DNA of 64,000 nt from Octopus sinensis (lineage: Eukaryota). Where the stretch lies: the NCBI RefSeq assembly GCF_006345805.1, contig NW_021831859.1, forward strand, positions 87 through 64,086, in the 5' to 3' direction. Shown here one piece after another: positions 13,145 to 25,084 of the stretch (position 1 is the first letter of the stretch; every line of letters starts with the position of its first letter). A program made the position numbers and the translations under genes. The notes beneath the pieces were generated by a model. It had not been told where the DNA came from. It searched no databases and worked only from the letters and a program-made list of their open reading frames with translations.

Positions 13145-14140
13145 GTAAGTTCAAATCTATTCAAACATTCCCCCGCTTTCTCGTTAACCTTATATTATCA
13201 CAAAGGGTAAAGTTCTCGAATCCCGAAGTAACTAACGACCTCTGCTACAAAACTGAACGGACCCCAGAGAAACGACAGGCGGGTCACCGTCAATGTTTAC
13301 AAAACTGTTGAAATATGGTCTTTCATTGTTTATACGAAAAATATTCTGTAGAACGGGGATTAAGTCAGTTGGGTGTCCTCGCTTTTACATCCTAAATCCA
13401 AATTGATCTTTTAATACGGTCTTTTATGTGTATATGAAAGTATGTATATATCACATCGTGCGTGTGTATATATATATATATATATATATACATACACACA
13501 CATATATATATATATATATATATCAGCCGAAATTGCGAGGATGATCCGGTTCTTGACAGAAGATTAAAGGCTTTGAATGACCCGTCCGTGTTTTTTGTAT
13601 CGTCTCTCTGGATGTTTTGTTGTCCTCTTTTGTATCACCTAGGTGTCCGGATGTTTTGTGTTCTTGTCCCATTTCATATATATGTGTGTGTGTATATATA
13701 TATATATAAACAGTGGTGTCTTAAAACATGGGTATACTGGGCAGTTACCCGGTGGGTGGTTGCTCATGCGTCTAGGGGCCCACTTATGATCCATGTATGC
13801 CGTAGTTTGCTGTTAATAAATACTATAGGGGCCGTGTGCATCGATTTGCCGAATGCCTTGTATTGCTACGAAAACAGTCTTGTCTATAGATATCAATAAC
13901 GATGAATGAATGAACTTATTGTCTACAGTGCTCGGGTGGACGACAACCCATCAGAAAGGGTCTCTAAAAGTGTATGGACAGGGCATAGGTTAAGGGCCAG
14001 GAAGGGAACAGTGAAGGAGTAGTTTAAAGAAAAAAGTTGGTGGTACATCAGGTGTGCTATCGGCGAATTTTGGGAAGCTGGAAGTTTTGAAGGATGTAGT
14101 GTCCCGACAGGTAACAACTGATGCAGATAGTTTATTCCAT

Positions 14141-14500
14141 ACTAGCAGTATCGCCCGGCGTTGCTCGGGTTTGTTTCGACCCTTTAGAATTGGAATTTTT
14201 AAAAAGTAAAAATCTTGCATTATGTAGCTTGTTATTCTCTTTAAGTGAACATTTTTCTGGTTGAAATACACCGAAAAATGGCGACACAGCAGTCAAAAAA
14301 TCATTAAAAAATAGGGATTTTAATAGGAAAAAAAAGCACCTTTTTGATGTAAATAATTTTTGGTATTAACATGTTCCGATTTGAATCATACTCTCAATTT
14401 TGGTCAACTTGCGCTGCAGGGTCTCGGAGGAGATAGTGTTAGTTGAAGGCTACCAAACCTGCCACACACAGACAACTTCAGCTTTATGTAAAGAGAGATT
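14141..14500 (+). mobile_element. Non-autonomous Helentron/Helitron-like element, copy 2 (internal deletion)
   Basis: Near-identical to 8538-8937 with the same termini. Confidence 0.6.
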
Positions 14501-15422
14501 TCAGCAATTCTGAGTACGAGAAAAATATTTCTGAAAGTCGTGGATGCTGTATTGTTTCTTTGGGATTTGTAAGTATGTCCACTGGTGTTAAACGTATAGA
14601 ATTCAAAAAGGTGCCCAAGGTTGTTGTTGGAAAGATGGTGGGTAATATTGTGAGTGTCCACCAAGTCAGTTGTCAGACATAGAAGTTATATTAAAAACCT
14701 AATTTCAATTTAGGATCCGTTAAAGCAAGGATACCCGGTCAGTTTCATTTGTCTTAATCAAAAATTGTCTTATTGTCTTGTAAAGTGTGGAATCTAGCGA
14801 ATGTCTACAAAAATTCTAAGCTGTACCGTTTTATGTCTGTAAAATATACTGCAATTAACAGTAATTAACTCATTTTAATTAATCTTAGTTGTCATTTAAT
14901 ATAAAATGTTGATTTAATTGTAAATTGAGCGAATGTAGCATCTTTGTATGTGATCCATTCCGTAGTATTAGGCCAGTTCTGTCTTTTATCCCAAAAGGAT
15001 AAAAGACAGAACTGACCTCAGCAGGATTTGAACTCATGGGACAAATGCTGCGAGGCATTCTCTAACGAATCTGCCATCTCGCTCTTTTGTACTGAATTAT
15101 GTCCCTTTAACTACGAGATTAACTTGCAGGTAGTCACTCAACCTGCTAAAAATAGCAGCCAAATTTCGCACAAATCACAGTTCAACGTTTAATAAAAGGG
15201 TGATGTATTGGATCATATAAACTGAAATAAATTATATGAAATAAAAATGCGGAATGGTCATGGTTGGATTATTATTTTTGATCATAGACCTGTTTACTTA
15301 AAAATTACTTGAAACTAAACCAGTGAAAATACTGCTCAAAGACCTTATCAGAGTTGTTTGTTGACTGCTGTTATGTTTTAGACTAAACCTAACATCTCTT
15401 GTCTGTTCTTCGCCTCTTCCAG

Positions 15423-15500
15423 GGTACTGTTGCCAGCCGAACAAGTCAACATAAGCCTCTCCTTTCACAAGCCTATGCGACATCTGCTGCAAAAGAAAGA
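15423..15500 (+). CDS. IDH3G: IDH3G exon 2 (GTVASRTSQHKPLLSQAYATSAAKER)
   Basis: Strong acceptor ttcgcctcttccAG, donor GTGAGT, 78 nt, phase 0-0, joins exon 1 to exon 3 in frame; presequence-like composition. Confidence 0.75.
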
Positions 15501-16069
15501 GTGAGTATAGTTCTTTGAATCTTTAATTCCTTCTTCATATCTGCAGTTCCCTCTTTTGTGGTTGAGGTGGGGAGATCCAGAAAGGAGCAAAAAGGAAATT
15601 TAATTTTAATCACTGAAGTTTTCCAGAAAGGAAAACTTGGAGCTTACTTTCATATTCATTGTTGGAGATATTGAAACTTACCAGTGCCAGCGTGGCTGTG
15701 TGGTTAAGAAGATTGCTGCTGAACCTTTCGGTTTTCAGGTTCAGTTCCACTGTACAGCACCTTAGGCAAAGGTCTTCTACTATAGCCCCAAGCTGACCAA
15801 AGCCTTCTCAGTGGATTTGGTTGACAAAAACTGAAAGAAGTTCATTGTGTATAGATGATCATTTAATGACCATTTTCCACACTGGCAGGTTGGAGCGCAA
15901 CACTAGGCTCCAATTGTCTTTTATGGTTTCTACAGCTGGATGCACTTCTTAACACGATATGTGTGTGCACACACATGCACCAATGTTTGTAAACAAGCAA
16001 CACCAACACCATAGTAAAAAGCAGTGTCGTTCATTTGCAGAATTCTGTGAAACATGACTAATTCTGTTG

Positions 16070-16556
16070 CCAAATGTGTTGTGAGCTATATTATGTGGCA
16101 CGTAAAAAGCACTATCCGAATCGTGGCCGATGCCAGGGCCGCCTCGACTGGCTTCCGTGCAGGTGGCACGTAAAATGCACCAATCCGACCGTGGCCGATG
16201 TCAGCCTCGCCTGGCACCAGTGCAGGTGGCACGTAAAAAGCACCCACTACACTCACGGAGTGGTTGGCATTAGGAAGGGCATCCAGCTGTAGAAACATTG
16301 CCAGATAAGACCGGAGCCTGGTGCAGCCTTCTGGCTTCCCAGACCCCAGTTGAACCGTCCAACCCATGCTAGCATGGAGAACGGACGTTAAACAATGATG
16401 TTGATGATATATATATACATACACACACGAAGGGCATCCAGCTGTAGAAACACTGCCAGACCAGACTGGTTCCTGGTGCAGCCTCCTGGCTTCACAGACC
16501 CCAGTCGAACCATCCAACCCATGCTAGCATGGAAAAAGGACGTTAAACGACGACGA
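16070..16556 (+). mobile_element. RTE 3-prime UTR copies (tandem)
   Basis: ..GGAAGGGCATCCAGCTGTAGAAAC..CCCATGCTAGCATGG..GACGTTAAAC(GAT)n present twice. Confidence 0.8.
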
Positions 16557-16607
16557 TGTGCACGCATACACACACACACTTATCTGCGTTTCTATGTTCG
16601 TTTCCAG

Positions 16608-16696
16608 TCCCAGTATGGTGGCAGGTACACTGTGACATTGTTCAGTGGAGATGGCATCGGACCGGAATTGTTGGATCATGTCAAAACTGTCTTCAG
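16608..16696 (+). CDS. IDH3G: IDH3G exon 3 ([30 protein letters not shown])
   Basis: [15 protein letters not shown] motif typical of the IDH3 gamma subunit; tttccAG / GTTAGT. Confidence 0.95.
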
Positions 16697-16729
16697 GTTA
16701 GTTTGGTTTATTCATTATTTCCCCATTCT

Positions 16730-16795
<66 letters not shown>

Positions 16796-17431
16796 ATCTA
16801 TCTCTCTCCCTCTTTCTCTCTCTCTCTCTCTCTCTTTCCTTGTTTTGTATATAAAGACATTGAATTGAACATATACATGTGTATATCTGTGTTTACATGT
16901 ATGACTATGTATATATATATATATATATATATAGCTGCATGTGTGTGTATCTGTATGCATGTTTATATGTGTACATATACATTTATGTGTAATTGTGTGT
17001 CATCATATATATATTTATATATATATACGTGTGTGTGTGGAGGCGCAATGGCCTAGTGGTTAGGGCAGTGGACTCGCGGTTGTAGGATCGCGGTTTCAAT
17101 TCCCAGACCAGGCGTTGTGAGTGTTTATTGAGCGGAAACACCTAAGAGCTCCACGATGCTCTGGCAGGGGGTGGTGATCCCTGCTGTACTCTTTCACCAC
17201 TCTTTCTTCTGTTGGTGGCGTCATTCGAAGGCTAAACTAATGCGAACGCATTGTGACCAGCGATGTGTAACTACATCTGATGTACTGGTCGGTCACGTGA
17301 TATATATATATATACACACACATGCACACAGGATGTCTTCAAAACATTTTGTGTGTGTGTATATATATATGTATATATATATATATATATAATCATCATC
17401 GTTTAACGTTCGTTTTCCATGCTAGCACAGC

Positions 17432-17464
<33 letters not shown>

Positions 17465-17547
17465 TTGTGTATGCACAGTTACTTTCCAAATAATTTGTGT
17501 GTGTTCCTTGATTCCTTAAATATGCGTCCAACTTACCATTTCCCTAG

Positions 17548-17663
17548 GTTTGCTGGAGCACCAATTGACTTTGAAGAAATCACCATTAATGCCCGGACTT
17601 CTGAGCAGACAGACATGGAAAATGCTCTTCTCTCAGTGAAAAGAAATGGCGTTGCAATCAAAG
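17548..17663 (+). CDS. IDH3G: IDH3G exon 4 (FAGAPIDFEEITINARTSEQTDMENALLSVKRNGVAIKG)
   Basis: P-DFEE and RNGVA-KG motifs; ccctAG / GTGAGT; phase 2 to 1. Confidence 0.95.
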
Positions 17664-18001
17664 GTGAGTAGGAACTTTGAGTTTACTCCAAAGTGATGTG
17701 GGCCCCTTGCCTAGGTACCTTCATCTCCACTCTTCCATTGTGTGCGTTTGTCCGTTCCTGGAAAACCAAATTAAGGGAGCCAGCTGGCAGAATCGTTAGC
17801 ACACAGGACAAAATGCTTAGCACCAGTTCCTCTGTCTTAACATTCTGAGTTCAAATGCCACCAAGGCCAACTTTTGCTTTCATCATACTACTACTACTAC
17901 AAGTATTACTGTTACAACCACCACCATCCTCACCACCACCACCACTACCCATAGACCTCCATATTTATTTCATTTGGCTCTTTTCTGTCTTCTATTTTCA
18001 G

Positions 18002-18059
18002 GAAATATTGAAACAGCAATGGCAGACCCCAGTAAAAGGTCCATCAATGTCTCCCTCAG
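18002..18059 (+). CDS. IDH3G: IDH3G exon 5 (NIETAMADPSKRSINVSLR)
   Basis: GNIET...S-N--LR motif; ttttcAG / GTCAGT; phases fit both neighbours. Confidence 0.93.
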
Positions 18060-18199
18060 GTCAGTCAACAGTTCTCTATTTCTTCTTGACCCTCATTGGG
18101 TCTTGGGAGCTCTGCCCTTATAGCTGAGGTTGGGATGGCATGGTGGGCCCCACAGACAGCCACCATTCTTTTGCTACCCCCTACAGTCTCTTGCCGTTG

Positions 18200-18558
18200 T
18201 CATACCCTCTACCAAGGTGTCCCCCTATTCATTCATTGACTTTGTTGCTTCATCTTTCTCTTTTGTCCCCTTCAAGCCTGTTTTCCATTCTCTCCTACCA
18301 CTCAATGATGCAAGTGCAATGCTTCTGGGCCCTGGGATTGTGGCCAGAATATTCCAGTTTTTGCCTTCGCTCAATCATTCAACCAGATTCCATTCCAGAT
18401 TTGTCTCTTCCTACTGAATTACTCATTCCGTGGGCTACCTGGCTGATCCACAGCACTCACTTGTATCATGACAGTGCAAACACCCTCAATTGCTTGGTCT
18501 CAGCCACCCTTAGTGTCCATGCTTTGCACCCATACAACACTGCTGGACTTTTAGACCC
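18200..18558 (-). mobile_element. Degraded RTE-type LINE fragment
   Basis: PAVLYGCKAWTLRVAETKQLRVF matches the RTE YGCESWTL motif. Confidence 0.55.
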
Positions 18559-18819
18559 AGATGCCGGTGGCATGTAAAAAACACCATCCGAGCGTGACCG
18601 TTCGCCAGCCTCGTCTGGCACCTGTGTCGGTGGCACATAAAAAGCACCCACTACACTCACAGAGTGGTTGGCGTTAGGAAGGGTATCCAGCTGTAGAAAC
18701 ACTGCCAGATCAGACTGGGCCTGGTACAGCCTTCTGATTTCCCAGACCCCGGTTGAACCGTCCAACCCATGCTAGCATGGAAAACGGACGTTAAACGATG
18801 ATGATGATGATGCCATTTA

Positions 18820-19110
18820 CATGACACTGGTATCTGCCACAGCTGTGATTTTGATCTTTGTTGAGGAGAAATACTTATCCAAAAGTAAACCACTGTATTT
18901 GGCTTTCACTGACAGGAAGAAAGTCTTTGATATGGTCCCTTACTCTCTGGTCTGGCTGTTGCTACAAATTAGACAAATTGCTGGTGAGGGCCGTCCAAGC
19001 CATGTACTGTAGTGCTGTCAGTAAGGCAAGATTTAGCAATGGGTGCAGCAGTGAATTTAGTCTGCAAGTAGGAGTTCACCAGGGCTCCGTTCTCCCTTCT
19101 CTTCACTTTT
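18820..19110 (+). mobile_element. Degraded RTE reverse-transcriptase fragment
   Basis: EEKYLSKSKPLYLAFTD-KKVFDMVP and LVRAVQAMY..VGVHQGSVL. Confidence 0.75.
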
Positions 19111-19332
19111 TAGTACAGTGATTATATTAGACCACATTTAATTATATCATTCACTATTGATCATTCATCAATTTATGGATAACAGGGAATGCAGTGCGGT
19201 ACACCTGTGTTATTTGTCCACTAGTATAAGGTGTAGTCTGGACAGGGGTATATTCTGGCCTGGTTGTCTTGAGGAGGTATAGTTTGGGCTATTCCAGACT
19301 AGCCCCGGGTATAGTCTAGACAGGAGTATATG

Positions 19333-19369
<37 letters not shown>

Positions 19370-19428
19370 AATCTCTCTCTCAATCTCTCTCTCATTGTTG
19401 TCACAAAATTCTTTCTTTTGTGATTCAG

Positions 19429-19561
19429 GACAGAACTTGATCTTTGGGCCAGCATTGTCCAGTGTAAAACGATTCCTGGGATTTCTGTGAGACACCAAGG
19501 CATTGATGTTGTGATCATTCGGGAAAATACAGAAGGAGAATATTCCAACCTGGAACATGAG
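19429..19561 (+). CDS. IDH3G: IDH3G exon 6 ([44 protein letters not shown])
   Basis: [13 protein letters not shown] signature; attcAG / GTAAGC. Confidence 0.97.
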
Positions 19562-19717
19562 GTAAGCTTTCGTTTGACAACAGATTAACCTTACTATTGT
19601 TGTTGTTGTTGTTGCCGTCATTCAACCACCAGGTCGGCCCTGGGTCAGCATATCAAGAACCAAACATGCTCCAGCTGTAACACTCTTTTTTCCCCCAGAT
19701 ACAAGCACAACAATAAC

Positions 19718-20025
19718 TTTATTTACAATATTTGACATTTGTCCTCATCTTGTTTGTTGTTAACACAACGTTTCGGCTGATATACCCTCCAGCCTTCATC
19801 AGGTGTCTTGGGGAAATTTCAAACCTGGGTTCTCATTCCTAAGCTATTTTTCAATGTTATTATTATAATTATTCAGGTCACTGCCTGGAATCGAACTCGG
19901 AATCTTGGGGTTAGTAGCCCGTGCTCTTAACCACTACGCCATAATAACATCAAAAAAATACTTTAGTAATGAGAACCCAGGTTCGAAATTATCCCAAGAC
20001 ACCTGATGAAGGCTGCGGGGTATAT
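19718..20025 (-). mobile_element. tRNA-headed short element with hammerhead and inverted partial duplication
   Basis: A box TGGCGTAGTGG (19931-19941) and B box GTTCGATTC (19888-19896) on the minus strand, upstream of the hammerhead; arms about 19781-19866 and 19942-20025 are inverted. Confidence 0.65.
19762..19808 (-). ncRNA. Minimal type-I hammerhead ribozyme motif (Penelope-like)
   Basis: Minus strand AGACAC-CUGAUGA-A-GGCUG[gaggguauau]CAGCC-GAAAC-GUU/GUGUU: intact core, 5-bp stem II, 5-bp stem I, palindromic AACGUU stem III. Confidence 0.75.
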
Positions 20026-20539
20026 GATATGCTTCTTTCAGTTTCCGTCTACCAAATCCACTCACAAGGCTTTGGTCAGCCCAAGGTGCCACGCAGTGGG
20101 ACTGAACCCAGAACCATGTGGTTGGTAAGCAAACTACTTACCACACAGCCACTAAACTGTACACATGCAGACACAAACCTTTGGTTGTGTTGTTAAGGAG
20201 TTTGCTTTGCAACCTCATGGTTTTGAGTTCAATCCTGTGAGTTACTTGGTGACTTTAGTAGTGCCAGTGTCACAAGAAAAGCCCCCAGCACACTCTGTAA
20301 AGTGGTTGACGTTAGGAAGGACATCCAGTTATGGAAACCCTGCCAAAGCAGACACTGGAGCTTGCTGCAGTCCCCTTCCTTGTTGGACCTTCTCAAGTCA
20401 TCCAGCACATACCAGCAACCATTAAATGATGATGATTTATATCAGTGGTTCCCCCAAAGTGGTTGCTACTGTCCCCTTGGTGACAGTGGAAAATAAGTAG
20501 TGATGATGGTCTGTTTTCTTTTTATATATATACTCTTTT

Positions 20540-20940
20540 ACTCTTTTACTTGTTTCAGTCATTTGACTGCGGCCATGCTGGAGCACCGCCTTTTAATCGA
20601 GCAACTCGACCCCGGGACTTATTCTTTGGAAGCCCAGTACTTATTCTATCGGTCTCTTTTTGCCAAACCGCTAAGTGACGGGGACGTAAACACACCAGCA
20701 TCGCTTGTCAAGCAATGCTAGGGGGACAAACACAGACACACAAACACACACATACATATATACATACACACACATATATATATATGACAGGCTTCTTTCA
20801 GTTTCCGTCTACCAAATCCACTCACAAGGCATTGGTCAGCCCTGGGCTATAGCCAAAGACACTTGCACAAGATGCCACGCAGTGGGACTGAACCCAGAAC
20901 CATGTGGTTGGTAAGCAAGCTACTTACCACACAGCCACTC
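20540..20940 (-). mobile_element. Composite SINE copy
   Basis: Same family; ends about 47 nt before IDH3G exon 7. Confidence 0.8.
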
Positions 20941-20987
20941 ATATTGTTGTTTATTATTTATTTTTTGTGTGTTTCATATTTTTGTAG

Positions 20988-21121
20988 AATGTGAATGGAG
21001 TTGTTGAAAGTTTGAAGATCATCACCAGGAAACGATGCATGAATATTGCAAAATACGCATTCGATTATGCAGTGAAGCATGGACGCAAGAAGGTCACGGC
21101 TATTCACAAGGCAAACATAAT
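20988..21121 (+). CDS. IDH3G: IDH3G exon 7 ([45 protein letters not shown])
   Basis: [10 protein letters not shown] and RKKVTA-HKANIM signatures; tttgtAG / GTAAGG. Confidence 0.97.
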
Positions 21122-21843
21122 GTAAGGAGTGTTCGTACGTGTGGGTGTGTGTGAGTGTGAGTGTGTCTGAGTGTGTGTGAGTGTGTCTGAATGTGTGTGA
21201 GTGTGTGTGTGTGTGTCTGAATGTGTGTGTGTGTGTGAGTGAGTGTGTGTGTATCTGAATGTGTGTGTGTGTGTGTATGTGTGAGTGAGTGTGTGTGTGT
21301 GTGTGAGTATGTCTGAATGTGTGTGTCTGAGTGTGTATGTGTGTGTGTGTGTTGCTCCTTGTTGTTGTTTTTGTATCTTTGTTTGCTTGTTTCAATCATT
21401 GGACTGCGGCCATGCTGGGGCACTGCCCTAAAGGGATTTAGTCAAACAAGTCGACCGCAGCACTTAGTTGTTTGCTTAATAAATTCTGGTGCTTATTCTA
21501 TCAGTCCATTTTGCCAAACCACTAACTTAGGAGGACAAACATACACACACACATATATATTTCATCATCATCATCATTTAACATTCATTTTTCCTTGTAT
21601 AAGCCAGACAGAACACACACACACACACACACATATACATATATATATACACATATTTATAGGCACAGGAGTGGGTGTGTGGTAGTAGCTTGCTTACCAA
21701 CCACATGGTTCTGTGTTCAGTATTCTACTAAAGCCTCAGGCTGACCAAAGCCTTGTGAGTGGATTTGGTAGACGGAAACTGAAAGAAGCCCATCATATGT
21801 GTATATATATATATATATATGAAAATTCAACATTCTAGCAAAA

Positions 21844-21877
21844 ACTGTCCGACGAACGGGAACGTGAAACTCAGAGT
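21844..21877 (+). ncRNA. Degenerate hammerhead-like motif, third family
   Basis: ACUGU-CCGACGA-ACG[GGAA]CGU-GAAA-C-UC/AGAGU; U4 replaced by C, GNRA-capped stem II, one mismatch in stem I. Confidence 0.35.
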
Positions 21878-22281
21878 AACAGGTTTTGTTGAATTTTCTG
21901 CTGCTTTAAATAAAGCATATTACTCTACCTCTGGTATTTGAGTACTCTTTTTTTCCACCTTGTTTCACATTATGTGTTTACTCCGGTATATATATGTATA
22001 TATATATACACATATATATATGTTTGTGTTATATATATATATATATATTATATATATATATAATATATATATATATATATGTTTGTGCTTTTTATGTGCC
22101 ACCAGCACGAGAGCCAGTCAGGGGGTACTGGCATCATCCACGTTAGAATGTTGCTTTTTACGTGTGACAGTGTGACCCTAAATTTGCTAGGGAGTTGAGT
22201 GGAATGTGGCAGGAGGGAAGTGACAGTAGTGGGTAGATAAAGAGCCCTGATTATAATAATTTGCTTTTTATTTCTTTGTAG

Positions 22282-22384
22282 GAAACTTGGTGATGGACTG
22301 TTTCTAGAATGTTGCAAAAATGTTGCAGAAGAATATCCACAAATCGAATTCAATAATATGATTGTTGATAATGCTTGCATGCAG
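22282..22384 (+). CDS. IDH3G: IDH3G exon 8 ([34 protein letters not shown])
   Basis: KLGDGLFL and MIVDN--MQ motifs; tttgtAG / GTAAGG. Confidence 0.97.
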
Positions 22385-22613
22385 GTAAGGATTCCTGTCT
22401 CCATCTTTCCCTCTTCCTCCTTTTCTTTCTTCTGCTTCAGTGATAGGCTCAGTCTATCACCCTGTGTAACACCACCATGTGGCACCTTCGGTTACTTTAG
22501 CTCTTGCAGACATTGGTACAGAGGTCTCCAGATTAAGGATACTCTTTCCTTCCTTCCTCTGTCTTGGGGTCACAAGCACTGCCATTCCTTTCTGACATTA
22601 TCTTCATCATTTA

Positions 22614-23222
22614 AGGTGGCAAGCTAGCAGAAATGTTACCACGCCGGGCGAAATGCTTGGCGGTATTTCGTCTGTCTTTATGTTCTGAGTTCAAATTCTG
22701 CCGAGGTCGACTTTGCCTTTCATCCTTTTGGGATCAATAAATTAAGTACCAGTTGCGTACTGGAGTCGATCTTATTGACTGCAACCCTCCCCGAAAATTT
22801 CAGGCCTTGTGCCTAGAGTAGAAAAGAATATAAAGCAGCAAGCTGGCAGAAACATTACCATGCTGAGCGAAATTCTGAGTTCAAATTCCACCAAGGTTGA
22901 CTTTGCCTTTCATCCTTTCGGGGTCGATTAAATGAGTACCAGTTATGCACTGGGGTCGATGTAATCGACTTAATCTGTTTGTTTGTCCTTGTTTGTCCTC
23001 TCTGTGTGTAGTAAAGAAATAAGAAACTTTAGCACCCCAGGCGAAATGCTTGGCAGTATTTCATCTGTCTTTACGTTCTGAGTTCAAATTCCGCCGAGGT
23101 CAACTTTGCCTTTCATCCTTTCGGGGTCAATAAGCTAAGTACCAGTTGCATACTGGAGTCGATGTAATCGACTGGCCCCTTCCTCCAAAATTTCAGGCTT
23201 TGTGCCTAGAGTAGAAAAAATT
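22614..23222 (+). mobile_element. Three tandem SINE family A copies
   Basis: Three successive head/core units in the same orientation. Confidence 0.75.
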
Positions 23223-24046
23223 ATCTTTGTCATCATTTCTCATGCAATTGCCATGATGGCATGGGTCGGATCTGGCAAGCCATGGGCTACATCAAGTTCC
23301 AGCGTCTGCTGGATACCCTTCTTAATGCCAACCACCTTATAGTGTACCCGGGTTCTTTTTCATGACACCAGCACCTGTGAAGTCAACAAGTACAGACACC
23401 CTTCAGCTGAATGGTTTTGGAAGGGGTAGTAGAGAGGCAGGTGATTTTATGCCAGGTATCGAGACACTAAAGTATAATAAAGGGACACGCACAGGTTTCT
23501 TACTATGAAGGAGATACATTGCTACCCCACATCATATAAGGGTGGGTGGAAAGATGACGGTGATGTGGCATGAGAGTGTACTCTCAAAATACAAGATGAG
23601 TATAAGAGAGAATAGGGAGAAAGGATTGGCAAGGGGAGGTGGGTGGATAAGTCTATTAGGGTAAGAGGAAAGGGACAGATGTTTAGAGATGGGGGTGGAG
23701 GTGAGTGCCGGGAATGATGAAAAAAGCTGGAGATGTGGTGAATGGGGAAGATTAATGAGGTGAAAGAGGGATTAAAAGATACAGGAATGGCTCCGGGGGG
23801 GGGGGGGGGTAAGTGGCCATACTGGAAGGGTGGTGTGCAGTGGTTGTATGATAAAGTTGGGGATAGATAAAAAAATAGCTGGAGGAAAGAGTGAAAGAGA
23901 GAGATGTACAGTGCTGGAGATGAATGTCAGAGGTATGTAGGGGTGGCTGTAATCTAATCTATTTTCAGTGCTCCAGCCTGACCACAACTGAAAATGGGGT
24001 TGCACTGAAATCCATAAAAGACTGATCTATTCTGTTCTATTTCCAG

Positions 24047-24193
24047 ATGGTCTCCCATCCTCAACAATTTGATGTTTTAGTGTTGCCAAATCTTTATGGC
24101 AATATTCTAAGCAACGTTGCCACTGGAATGGTCGGAGGTGCTGGTGTTGTACCTGGCCGGAATATAGGAGATTCTTATGCCATTTTTGAAACT
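24047..24193 (+). CDS. IDH3G: IDH3G exon 9 ([49 protein letters not shown])
   Basis: PQQFDV-V-PNLYGNI motif; tttccAG / GTGAGT. Confidence 0.97.
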
Positions 24194-25084
24194 GTGAGTC
24201 AAAATTCAAACCAAATCAAATTTCTATAAACAATTTAAATTTTAATTAACTTTTCCTTTCTCTTGTTTATTTTAAATTTTTTATTTGTTATTTAATGTTT
24301 TTTTTTAATAGTTATTTGTTGTTTATCATCAACTGACCATAAATGTCAGGAGGTACAAGAGGTGAAAATATTTATTTGACCTCATGACATTCTTAGGGTT
24401 ACAGCCGTTTCGTAACCTTCTTCCTCATGTAATTTAATTTTAGTGCAGAAGAAATCATGTGTGCATATTCGCACTAATAGGCATGCTTGGCTTTATACAC
24501 TACAACTGTAATTTCAGAAATCAATGCAAATGAAGAAGGCTGGCTCATCAGATCACAAAACATCATTGTTAAATTGTTACATCAACAATTTGTCTGTTGA
24601 TGAATCCACCTTTTAACAGTATGGTAGTCCAATGGTACAGTAACACGCAGCTGATACCAGATGAGAACTAAGTACAAATCGAAATAACCAGCATCCCCAA
24701 CAAATATTAGGATGAGATGCGTTGAAATGGTTTCATCAGCCAGATAACTTTGATGTGAAGAAAGCAATGTTTCAAACCATTTTCTGTCCTTGATCAGAAA
24801 ATATTTTCTGAATAACCTCAAACTTCAGTTACTATTCAACAGGAACAACGTAAAGGTTAGCTAAAGCTGTTTGCAAAACATGTCAGTACCATTAAGTACC
24901 ACAATGCGTGCAAATAGACCAAGAGCGAAAGGAGATGCATGGAATTTCCAGAATACAGAGTTATTTCCCCTTGAAAGCAAATATTTAGAAAAACGTGTTT
25001 TGCTTCCCCTAGTAAAAACATACTGAAACTAAATATGGGGTTATAGAAATCACCTGTTGAAAAGATGCCTACCCCAACATAATA

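Noticed and set aside
14443-14682. ORF in IDH3G intron 1 with GT-like sites
   Set aside because: It starts inside the Helentron-like copy, and exons 1 and 2 join in frame without it.
23400-23990. Purine/G-rich stretch with a long G run upstream of exon 9 (possible G-quadruplex)
   Set aside because: Low complexity and probably decayed repeat; homopolymer length is unreliable.
24300-25030. Possible decayed DNA-transposon coding remnant
   Set aside because: No motif was clear enough to name a family.
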